DNA of 64,000 bases, from the NCBI GenBank assembly GCA_023144035.1, contig JAGLGM010000003.1:15876-79875 (forward strand), read 5' to 3'. Shown one piece after another: positions 9,051-16,430 of this stretch (position 1 is its first letter; every line of letters begins with the position of its first letter). Under the pieces are notes generated by a model. The model did not search any database and was not told the DNA's origin. It saw only the letters and a list, made by a program, of their open reading frames with translations. The position numbers and the translations under genes are program-made. This DNA comes from Candidatus Pacearchaeota archaeon (GTDB taxonomy: Archaea > Nanobdellota > Nanobdellia > Pacearchaeales > GW2011-AR1).

Positions 9051-9065
9051 TCTCCCAGGGTTATA
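9051..9065. repeat. attR-like 15-bp direct repeat
   Basis: Exact match to 860-874. Confidence 0.55.
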
Positions 9066-9178
9066 ATCACTTTAAATCATATTTAATAGAAAAGTCGTGG
9101 ATTAAGTATTTAGTTTTTATTATATGCTCCCACGCATCACATTCTTAAGAAATTAATTTATAAAATAAATAGAAATTA

Positions 9179-9622
9179 TTAGTCTTTAAACTTTTCTAAA
9201 TAAAATTCTTTCTTCTCAAAATTCATAACTAAATTATATTTTCTTTCTCTTAAAAAATCAGTTCCTATTATTATTGGAAAATGTCCCAATTCGCTTTCTT
9301 TCTTTTTAGAAGTAGGTTTTAAAACTACACAAGGAAAAGGTTCTATAACCATTTCTTCTTTTTCATTTATAATTATAAACTCAAAATTATTTACTTCATA
9401 AGCATTATATTTCATACCTCCTAAACAAACTATTTTAGAAAACTTTTTATTAAAAGGAGTTTGTAATCTCAAAGCTTTATCATATGGAATAACTGTTTTT
9501 GGACTTCCAGTATCTATTACAAAAGTATCAGGAATCATATTTTTTCTATAGCTTCTTAAAAGAGCAACATTTCCATATTGTTCTTCATTATCATTACCTA
9601 TGTTTATTAAAGGTATTCTCAT
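9179..9622 (-). CDS. Retropepsin-like (clan AA) aspartic protease
   Basis: FVIDTGSPKTVIP, the D-T/S-G active-site signature. Confidence 0.55.
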   Translation of the reverse strand: MRIPLINIGNDNEEQYGNVALLRSYRKNMIPDTFVIDTGSPKTVIPYDKALRLQTPFNKKFSKIVCLGGMKYNAYEVNNFEFIIINEKEEMVIEPFPCVVLKPTSKKKESELGHFPIIIGTDFLRERKYNLVMNFEKKEFYLEKFKD

Positions 9623-9858
9623 TAGAAAATAACAATTTCTTTACCAGAACTAACTTGTTTAATTAAAAGATTGTTACTATCAATCTTTTTATATTTAAGA
9701 GAAGAAAGCAACTCATTCATATTTTTCCCATTAGCAACTACCTTTTGACTTTTAATTGCTACCACATCTCCTAAAAACTTCTCTTTTATTTTATTTAAAT
9801 TAAGAATAAACCATTTAAGATCTTCTGAAGAATCTTTGAGAATTTGTAATTCTTCCAT
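9622..9858 (-). CDS. Hypothetical small protein, translationally coupled (TAATG) to the aspartic protease
   Basis: ORF track; its stop overlaps the protease start. Confidence 0.4.
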   Translation of the reverse strand: MEELQILKDSSEDLKWFILNLNKIKEKFLGDVVAIKSQKVVANGKNMNELLSSLKYKKIDSNNLLIKQVSSGKEIVIF

Positions 9859-9895
9859 ATAAATTATATGTGAAAAATATTTATAAACCTATTCA

Positions 9896-10177
9896 TTATT
9901 CTTTCTTTTCTTCTTTAACTTCAGGTGTTTCTGTTTGTACTTCAACTGCTTTACCTTCTCCGGAGGAGACCCCGTTGGGGCCAAATTCAGAATAATGACA
10001 TTTACCGCAGTATTTTCTGTCTTTAGCATTCATTAAAAAGATACCAGGACCACATCTTGGACAATTTCTCTCACGTGTAATCTTGTCACCTTCAATTTTA
10101 TACTTAGTATATTTTTTACTAGTTGGCTTATTTTTGTGAGGTTTCTTTCCTTTTTTTACTGATTTTTTTACTCCCAT
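9896..10177 (-). CDS. rps27ae: Ribosomal protein S27ae
   Basis: C4 zinc motif CPRCGPGIFLMNAKDRKYCGKCHY; Lys-rich N-terminus. Confidence 0.75.
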   Translation of the reverse strand: MGVKKSVKKGKKPHKNKPTSKKYTKYKIEGDKITRERNCPRCGPGIFLMNAKDRKYCGKCHYSEFGPNGVSSGEGKAVEVQTETPEVKEEKKE

Positions 10178-10710
10178 TATTCTGTTTTCTCCTCTGGTTT
10201 AGATTCTTCTTTATTTTTAGAAACAGGTTCTTCAGGTTTTGTTGATTCTGAGTTACTCTTATCTTGAGAAACATTAGCATCCTCTTGTGGAACTTCTACA
10301 GGTTGTTCTGCTGGTTTTTCTTCAGGAACTTTAGCAGGTTCTGGTTGAGCTTCAGGTGCTGGTTGCTCTACTGGTTTTGGTTCTTCAACAGATACAGCTT
10401 CTTCAACTGGTTTAGGTTCTTCAGCAGGTTTTTCAGGTTCTTTAATTGCGTCTTTTTTTGATTGTCCTTCTGTACTTAATTTATCTTGTTCAGAATTATA
10501 AATGTGTGCAGATATTGTAAAACTCTTTGATCCAAATTTACCTAATATTTTTTTTATTCTTATATTTTCTTTAGCTGTAGAAAATTTTTCAGTAATAATC
10601 TTTCTTGCATCTGAATGACTTGGAGTAATTTCTGCATTAATTGTAAATTTAACTTCTCTTCTTTTAAACAAAGAGTTTTTCTTTTCTTCAATTATATTAA
10701 AATTTTCCAT
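10177..10710 (-). CDS. rps24e: Ribosomal protein S24e with Pro/Glu/Lys-rich C-terminal low-complexity extension
   Basis: LFKRREVKFTINAEITPSHSDARKIITEKF is S24e-like; PEPKPVEE repeats in the tail. Confidence 0.7.
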   Translation of the reverse strand: MENFNIIEEKKNSLFKRREVKFTINAEITPSHSDARKIITEKFSTAKENIRIKKILGKFGSKSFTISAHIYNSEQDKLSTEGQSKKDAIKEPEKPAEEPKPVEEAVSVEEPKPVEQPAPEAQPEPAKVPEEKPAEQPVEVPQEDANVSQDKSNSESTKPEEPVSKNKEESKPEEKTE

Positions 10711-10715
10711 AAGAA

Positions 10716-10907
10716 TTACCTAGTTTTAATTGCAAAATTTCCTTTTTTATTAATATTTAATTTTTGTGCTATCTCTGACTTTTCAGGATTTAAGATTACA
10801 ATCCTTCCCTTGAACCCTTCTGTATTTTCCTTTGATTCACATTCAGGACATTTTTCTCCTGTTTCAAAGATTCTATTACAAACTTTGCATGCTTTATCTT
10901 TTGCCAT
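10716..10907 (-). CDS. spt4: Transcription elongation factor Spt4 (RpoE'')
   Basis: MAKDKACKVCNRIFETGEKCPECES zinc ribbon; position between rpoE and S24e. Confidence 0.75.
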   Translation of the reverse strand: MAKDKACKVCNRIFETGEKCPECESKENTEGFKGRIVILNPEKSEIAQKLNINKKGNFAIKTR

Positions 10908-11512
10908 TATTTTTTCCCTCCTTTACCTTTAACTGCTTTTTCTTCTGCTTTAGCAATTTTTTCAGCGTCTTTTTGTTTTTTAATTTTATCTTCTTGAACC
11001 CATTCTGTTTTTCCTAAACCTGGTTGCCTCATTGTTAAACCTAATTTTGGTTCATCACCTTTGTGACTTATTGCAACTATTCTTGCCATACATAAATCTC
11101 CTGATTTTAAACCTCTCTTACTTGCTTTTCCAAGTAAAGAATTTGCTTTACTAAAACTTACAAAATCATTCATTGTTTGACTTATATGAATCATTCCTCT
11201 CATCATTCCCATATCAATGAAAGCTCCAAAATTTGTAATCTCTGCAATGATTCCATAAACAAGTTCTTGTAATTCTGGTTTCCAAGCAAGTAATTTAAAT
11301 TTTGAATTATAATAAGCTGCCCCATCTCCTGGAATTATTACTCCTTCTCCGACTTCTGTAACCTCGATAACAGCTACAACTCTTCCTAATTCTTTATCAT
11401 AATAATCTGTGTAAGTTTCTCTAAGTTGTTTATCAACAGCTTCTGCAGTAGGCAAACCAAACCACTTTGGCTCTACTCTTACATAGTCTTCGACATCAGT
11501 TAAATAAAACAT
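10907..11512 (-). CDS. rpoE: RNA polymerase subunit E' (Rpb7 homolog, S1 domain)
   Basis: N-terminal Rpb7-like fold plus S1 domain (GDLCMARIVAISHKGDEPKLGLTMRQPGLGK). Confidence 0.8.
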   Translation of the reverse strand: MFYLTDVEDYVRVEPKWFGLPTAEAVDKQLRETYTDYYDKELGRVVAVIEVTEVGEGVIIPGDGAAYYNSKFKLLAWKPELQELVYGIIAEITNFGAFIDMGMMRGMIHISQTMNDFVSFSKANSLLGKASKRGLKSGDLCMARIVAISHKGDEPKLGLTMRQPGLGKTEWVQEDKIKKQKDAEKIAKAEEKAVKGKGGKK

Positions 11513-11591
11513 AAAAATTATAGTAGAAATTGGTTTAAAAAGGTTGTCCTGTATAAAATAAATCTTTTTAAGGGAAAAAACGATTCATTAA

Positions 11592-11937
11592 TCATGGGAA
11601 ATTTTAGCAAGTGATCATGATGCAGCAATAATATTAATTATAGAAGAATATAAGAAATTACAATCTCACAATCCTAACCATGAATTATTAAAATATATTA
11701 CCAATATAAATAGCAATGGTTTTGATTATGTTCAAAAAGAATATGAAGAATTTGTTGATAGGTTTGAAACACCAGAAGATAAAAAAGAGGAATATATTAA
11801 GGTAGCAAAAGTTATGGCTTTATATTTTGTTGGTTTAAAAAAGGCTGTCGATAAAATAGAAGGAATTAATCATTCTCCAAAACCAAAAGAAACAGATACT
11901 AAACCTGTAAAATCATTAGATGATTTGCCTTTTTAAT
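11592..11937 (+). pseudogene. Possible decayed/frameshifted gene (long open frames with no start codon and a +1 shift near 11817-11822)
   Basis: An 85-codon stop-free frame (…EEYKKLQSHNPNHELLKYITNINSNGFDYVQKEYEEFVDRFETPEDKKEEYIKVAKVMA) continues in the +1 frame (LYFVGLKKAVDKIEGINHSPKPKETDTKPVKSLDDLPF*) after a T-run. No in-frame ATG/GTG/TTG. Confidence 0.3.
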
Positions 11938-12309
11938 TTATTGAAGCTCTAATTTCTTTTTTCCTCTTATTATTAATTTAGAATTGTCTAATTTATCTTT
12001 AATTTCCTTATCTAATGTAGCAATGACAAGTCTTGGATGTTCCTTTGCATATTTAATTAAACCTTTATCAACATATTTTCCTCGAATATCTATTTCTTTA
12101 AACTTGTTTTTTTCTAAAATTACTTGAGATAATCTTGCATCATCTCTAAACTTAAGTTTCTTTGTGGAATTTGCAACTCTTTTAATCTCTTCTATAACTT
12201 GTGTTGGAATTAAAATAGTTAAGCCCATATTAGGAATGTCTCTAAAGAAATCTATCTTTTGTTTTACACATGTCATAATAAAATTAGTATCTAAAATTAC
12301 TTGTTTCAT
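11938..12309 (-). CDS. PIN-domain protein (Fcf1/VapC-like ribonuclease) upstream of rpoE
   Basis: VILDTNFIM N-terminal acidic motif; size about 120 aa as in archaeal Fcf1-like PIN proteins. Confidence 0.6.
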   Translation of the reverse strand: MKQVILDTNFIMTCVKQKIDFFRDIPNMGLTILIPTQVIEEIKRVANSTKKLKFRDDARLSQVILEKNKFKEIDIRGKYVDKGLIKYAKEHPRLVIATLDKEIKDKLDNSKLIIRGKKKLELQ

Positions 12310-12359
12310 AATTATATTAAAAGATTAACCTTTAAATAATCTTTTTTCTTCATCTTCGT

Positions 12360-12923
12360 ATGCAAGAAAAAGAGAACATACTTAAAATTCTTGAAGGAAC
12401 AAAAACTTCTATTCAAAAAGGAGATGTTGTGACTATTAAAAATCTAAGCAATCAAACAACAAATACTGCTGCTTTAACACATGATCCAGATAATATTGCT
12501 ATTGCTGTTATTGTTTATACTATAAGTAAACTTTTTGAAAGACAAGATTATCAAAAATTACCTGGGTGGCAAGAATTTTATAATACTATTTTCAAATGTA
12601 TAGATAATTCAATAATTTCTATTAAAAATAATGATGATGCACAAATAAAAACAAATTTAGATTGCTTAAGAACCTCACTTGTAAAAGTTTCTGGAAATTT
12701 GAAAAAACATATTCAAGATGTTTTTAGAAAAGCTAGTATAAATAAAGCATCTAAGATTTATGAACACGGTATTTCTATGGAGAAAACAGCAAAACTTCTT
12801 GGAATTACAATGTTTGAACTTGCAAGTTATTCTGGTCAAAGAGAACAAGTTTCAGAAACCCCAATTATTAAAGGAGTTGATGTTAAATCAAGAATTAATC
12901 TTGCAATGGAGATGTTTAAATGA
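12360..12923 (+). CDS. Hypothetical protein with C-terminal HTH-like segment
   Basis: ORF track; ISMEKTAKLLGITMFEL. Confidence 0.4.
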   Translation: MQEKENILKILEGTKTSIQKGDVVTIKNLSNQTTNTAALTHDPDNIAIAVIVYTISKLFERQDYQKLPGWQEFYNTIFKCIDNSIISIKNNDDAQIKTNLDCLRTSLVKVSGNLKKHIQDVFRKASINKASKIYEHGISMEKTAKLLGITMFELASYSGQREQVSETPIIKGVDVKSRINLAMEMFK

Positions 12924-13600
12924 ATCCAGTAATTATCTTCGACGCAAGCACATTAATAAGTTTTTCAATGGCTGGGTTAATTCCTGAAATAAGAGAATTA
13001 AAAAAAATATTCAAAGGCAAATTTATTATTAGTGAAGATGTAAAAAAAGAAGCAATAGACACTCCGCTTAAAATAAAAAGATTTCAACTTGAAGCTTTAA
13101 AAATAAAGCAATTATTAGATGAAAATATTTTGGAATTACCTATTTCATTAGGATTAGATGATAAACTTATTAAAACAAAAACTCAAGAAATTTTAGATAT
13201 GGCAAATACCACTATTTATGGAGCTGATAAAGATATACATTTAATTGACTTAGGTGAATCTTCTGCTCTTGCAATAAGTAAAATATTAAATGATAAAAAA
13301 ATAGAGAATGTTATTGCAATTGATGAGAGAACTACTCGTAGTCTTGCTGAAACTCCAAATGAATTAAAAAAATACTTAGAAGGAAAATTGCATGCAAAAA
13401 TGACTGTTAAACAAGAGAAAGTAGATTTTTTTAAACAATTTAAATTTATTAGATCAGTAGAACTTATTTATGTTGCATATAAAAAAGGTATTTTAAAATT
13501 AAAAGGTTCTGAAAATCTTAGTGCTATTCTTTATGCTTTAAAATATAAAGGGTGTGCTGTTTCTGGGAAGGAGATTCAAGAGATAAGGAATTTGGCATAG
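12920..13600 (+). CDS. Hypothetical protein, possible PIN-like N-terminal domain
   Basis: VIIFDASTLISF N-terminus, later acidic residues; overlaps upstream ORF by 4 nt (operon). Confidence 0.4.
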   Translation: MNPVIIFDASTLISFSMAGLIPEIRELKKIFKGKFIISEDVKKEAIDTPLKIKRFQLEALKIKQLLDENILELPISLGLDDKLIKTKTQEILDMANTTIYGADKDIHLIDLGESSALAISKILNDKKIENVIAIDERTTRSLAETPNELKKYLEGKLHAKMTVKQEKVDFFKQFKFIRSVELIYVAYKKGILKLKGSENLSAILYALKYKGCAVSGKEIQEIRNLA

Positions 13601-13637
13601 ATAAAGCTTAAAAATTAGATATTTCTTGTAATAATAT

Positions 13638-13726
13638 GGATGCGTAAGTTAATGTTAGACTATGTGGCTCCAGAATTTTTAACATGGAGTTACCACAAAG
13701 CGAGGGTTAGATTCCCTCCGTGTCCA
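13638..13726 (+). tRNA. tRNA-Trp (anticodon CCA at 13670-13672) with 18-nt intron (13674-13691) after position 37
   Basis: Acceptor ggatgcg/cgtgtcc (two G-U), discriminator A, D-stem agtt/gact, anticodon stem tgtgg/ccaca, loop ctCCAg, T-arm gaggg-ttagatt-ccctc. Intron atggag pairs with anticodon-loop ctcca (BHB-like). Confidence 0.6.
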
Positions 13727-13785
13727 TTGTATCTATTATTTTGCAAGACAATAATTCTTATAAAAGATTTTGAAAGTTTATCTCT

Positions 13786-14022
13786 ATGGGAATTTCAAAA
13801 CTTGTTGGACTAATTAGAAAAAATATAACGAGTGTAGATATTCGTCCTAGAAATAAACAATATGCTTTTGTTCTTAACCAAAATTCTAAAGAAATATTGG
13901 TTTCACATTTTCAATATAATTCCTCTCAAGAAGCAAAAGAAGAAGGAAACCAATTTATTAAAGAAATGAGGAGTGGAAATTTTAAAGAAATTCCTTCGGA
14001 CATTGCATCGGAATATTTATAA
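13786..14022 (+). CDS. Hypothetical small protein
   Basis: ORF track only. Confidence 0.3.
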   Translation: MGISKLVGLIRKNITSVDIRPRNKQYAFVLNQNSKEILVSHFQYNSSQEAKEEGNQFIKEMRSGNFKEIPSDIASEYL

Positions 14023-14044
14023 ACACATATGAATATATCTTCAT

Positions 14045-14338
14045 ATGAATTGTAACACATATCATGTATTTTTTAGAAATCTTGCAAATCCTATTAAGAC
14101 AAAGATAATCACTGCATTAAAAGAAAAAGAAAGTTCTGTTAGTGAATTATCTAAAAAATTAAAGATAGAACAAAGTAAATTATCTCATGCTTTATCTTCT
14201 TTAAGATGTTGTAATTTAGTTCTTGTGAAACAAAAAGGAAAAAATAGAATATATAGTTTAAATAAAAAAACAATAATTCCTATTCTTAAAATAATCGATA
14301 AACATAAATGTAATTATTGTAAGGCTTGTGGAAAATAA
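14045..14338 (+). CDS. ArsR/SmtB-family transcription regulator
   Basis: LANPIKTKIITALKEKESSVSELSKKLKIEQSKLSHALSSLRCCNLV; overlaps next gene. Confidence 0.65.
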   Translation: MNCNTYHVFFRNLANPIKTKIITALKEKESSVSELSKKLKIEQSKLSHALSSLRCCNLVLVKQKGKNRIYSLNKKTIIPILKIIDKHKCNYCKACGK

Positions 14339-15497
14339 AATGAAACAAATATATTTAGATAATGCTGCGACTACAAAGATGGATGGAAAAGTAGTTGGTG
14401 CTATGCTTCCTTATTTTGAAGGAAAATATGGGAATGCCTCATCACAACATCTTATAGGGCAAGAAGCAAAAAATGCTTTAAATAAATCTAGAAGAATAAT
14501 TGCAAGAGCAATTTCTGCTCGTAGTGATGAAATTATTTTTACTTCTGGAGGAACAGAATCAAATAATCTTGCGTTAAAAGGATTATTTTTAGAAAATTAT
14601 CCTGAAAAAAATCACATTATTACAACAAAAATAGAACATGATTGTACATTAAACACTTGTAAGTGGCTTGAAAAACAAGGGGCAAAAGTAACTTATTTAG
14701 ATGTTGATAAAGAAGGCTTTGTAAATGTAAAAGATATTGAAAAAGTAATAACAGATAAAACTTTTTTAGTAACAATAATTCATGCAAACAATGAAATAGG
14801 AACAATTCAAAATTTAGAAGAAATTGGAAAAATTTGTAAATCAAAAGAAGTTTTATTTCATACAGATGCTTGTCAAAGTTTCACAAAAGTTAATATTAAT
14901 GTTAAAAAACAAAATCTAGATTTAGTAACTTTAAATGCACATAAAATTCATGGTCCAAAAGGAGTGGGTGTTTTATATATTAAAAGAGGAATTAAAATTG
15001 CGCCTTTATCACATGGAGGAGGACATGAACAAGGATTTAGAAGTGGAACTGAAAATATCCCTGGAATAATTGGTTTTGTAAAAGCTGTAGAAATTGTAAA
15101 ATCAAAAGATGTTAAAAAAATGGAAATGCTTAGAGATAGATTAATTAGAGGATTATTAAAAATTCCAAATGTAACTTTAAATGGACCTATAAAAAATAGG
15201 TTATGTAATAATGTAAATGTATCTTTTAATAATATTGAAGGAGAAGCCATAGGAGGTTATTTAGAAAATCAAGGAATTTATACTTCTACAGGATCTGCAT
15301 GCATGTCTCATTCTTTAGAAACAAGTCATGTCTTAAAAGCATTAGGTCTACCTCCTTTAAAATCAAATAGTTCAATTAGATTAAGTTTGAGTAAATTTAC
15401 AACAGAACAAGATATTGATTATGTATTAGATAAAATTCCTAAAATAGTAAATAAATTGAGGAAAATAAGTCCTTTAGTTGGAGGTAATAGATGGTAA
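14328..15497 (+). CDS. iscS: Cysteine desulfurase (NifS/IscS family, PLP-dependent)
   Basis: IYLDNAATT, SGGTESNN, HKIHGPKGVG (PLP-Lys), SACMS active-site Cys. Confidence 0.85.
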   Translation: MENKMKQIYLDNAATTKMDGKVVGAMLPYFEGKYGNASSQHLIGQEAKNALNKSRRIIARAISARSDEIIFTSGGTESNNLALKGLFLENYPEKNHIITTKIEHDCTLNTCKWLEKQGAKVTYLDVDKEGFVNVKDIEKVITDKTFLVTIIHANNEIGTIQNLEEIGKICKSKEVLFHTDACQSFTKVNINVKKQNLDLVTLNAHKIHGPKGVGVLYIKRGIKIAPLSHGGGHEQGFRSGTENIPGIIGFVKAVEIVKSKDVKKMEMLRDRLIRGLLKIPNVTLNGPIKNRLCNNVNVSFNNIEGEAIGGYLENQGIYTSTGSACMSHSLETSHVLKALGLPPLKSNSSIRLSLSKFTTEQDIDYVLDKIPKIVNKLRKISPLVGGNRW

Positions 15498-16236
15498 AAT
15501 GGAAGACAAAGAAATAAAAAAAATAGTTAAAAATGCTTATTCAGAAATAGCTTCAAAAAAATGCGGTTGCCAATGTGGATGTGATTCTTCTGAAAAAGAA
15601 ATCGCAGAACAAATTGGTTATTCAAAAAAAGAAATAAATAATTTCTCAGATGCAAATTTAGGATTAGGTTGTGGAAATCCTGTTGCATTATCTAAAATAA
15701 AAAAAGGAGAAATTGTTTTAGATTTAGGAAGTGGAGCAGGTTTTGATGCTTTTCTTGCTGTTCAAAAAGTTGGAAAAACAGGAAAAGTTATTGGCGTGGA
15801 TATAACTGAAAAAATGATTGAAAAAGCAAAAGCTAATGCTAAAAGATATGGATATGAAAATGTTGAATTTAAATTAGGAGATATTGAAAGTTTACCTTTA
15901 GAAGATAATTCAGTTGATGTTATAATTAGTAATTGCGTTATTAATCTTGTTCCAGATAAAGAAAAAGTTTTTTCAGAAAGCTACAGAGTTTTAAAAAAAG
16001 GCGGAAAAATTTATGTTTCAGATATTGTTTTATTAAAAGAACTTTCTGAAGAACAAAAAAAAGATGAAAAATTATTGTCTGGGTGTGTTGCAGGAGCTTT
16101 GCAAAAAGAAGATTATATTGAAAAAATAAAAAAAGTAGGTTTTAAAGTTAAAATTCTTGGTGAAGATAAAGAAATAAGTAAAACTCAATATCAAGGAATT
16201 GATTTAGAAAGTTTGAAATTAGAGGGAATAAAATGA
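15478..16236 (+). CDS. SAM-dependent methyltransferase, ArsM/UbiE-like, with N-terminal Cys cluster
   Basis: VLDLGSGAGFDAFLA (motif I), GVDITEKM, DVIISNCVINLVPDKEKVF; CGCQCGCDS near N-terminus. Confidence 0.6.
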   Translation: MEVIDGKMEDKEIKKIVKNAYSEIASKKCGCQCGCDSSEKEIAEQIGYSKKEINNFSDANLGLGCGNPVALSKIKKGEIVLDLGSGAGFDAFLAVQKVGKTGKVIGVDITEKMIEKAKANAKRYGYENVEFKLGDIESLPLEDNSVDVIISNCVINLVPDKEKVFSESYRVLKKGGKIYVSDIVLLKELSEEQKKDEKLLSGCVAGALQKEDYIEKIKKVGFKVKILGEDKEISKTQYQGIDLESLKLEGIK

Positions 16237-16430
16237 AAATCACAAATAAAACAAAAATAAACAAATTGCTTGAAAAAAATCCTGAAGCAGCTGAAATTTT
16301 ATTTGAAGCTGGTATGGGTTGTGTGGGTTGTTCTATGGCTATGCATGAAACAATTGAACAAGGTTGTTTAGCACATGGAATGACAAAAAAACAAATTGAA
16401 AAATTAATTAAGGAGTTAAATAAGAAATGA
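16233..16430 (+). CDS. DUF1858-type redox disulfide small protein
   Basis: GMGCVGCSMAMHETIEQGCLAHG. Confidence 0.5.
   Translation: MKITNKTKINKLLEKNPEAAEILFEAGMGCVGCSMAMHETIEQGCLAHGMTKKQIEKLIKELNKK

Larger units (their letters stand above)
860..9065. mobile_element. Integrated element (provirus or integrative plasmid), about 8.2 kb, bounded by 15-bp direct repeats (att-like)
   Basis: tctcccagggttata at 860-874 and 9051-9065, with flanking similarity (actttaaa). Interior encodes integrase, RecA-like Rep NTPase, AbrB, wHTH, RHH, Ltp-like and membrane/secreted proteins. Host ribosomal/RNAP genes resume outside. Confidence 0.6.

Noticed and set aside
10264-11017. + strand ORFs 10264..10461, 10615..10932, 10832..11017
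   Set aside because: Antisense to S24e, spt4 and rpoE; Phe/Trp-rich reading of the reverse of Lys/Glu codons.
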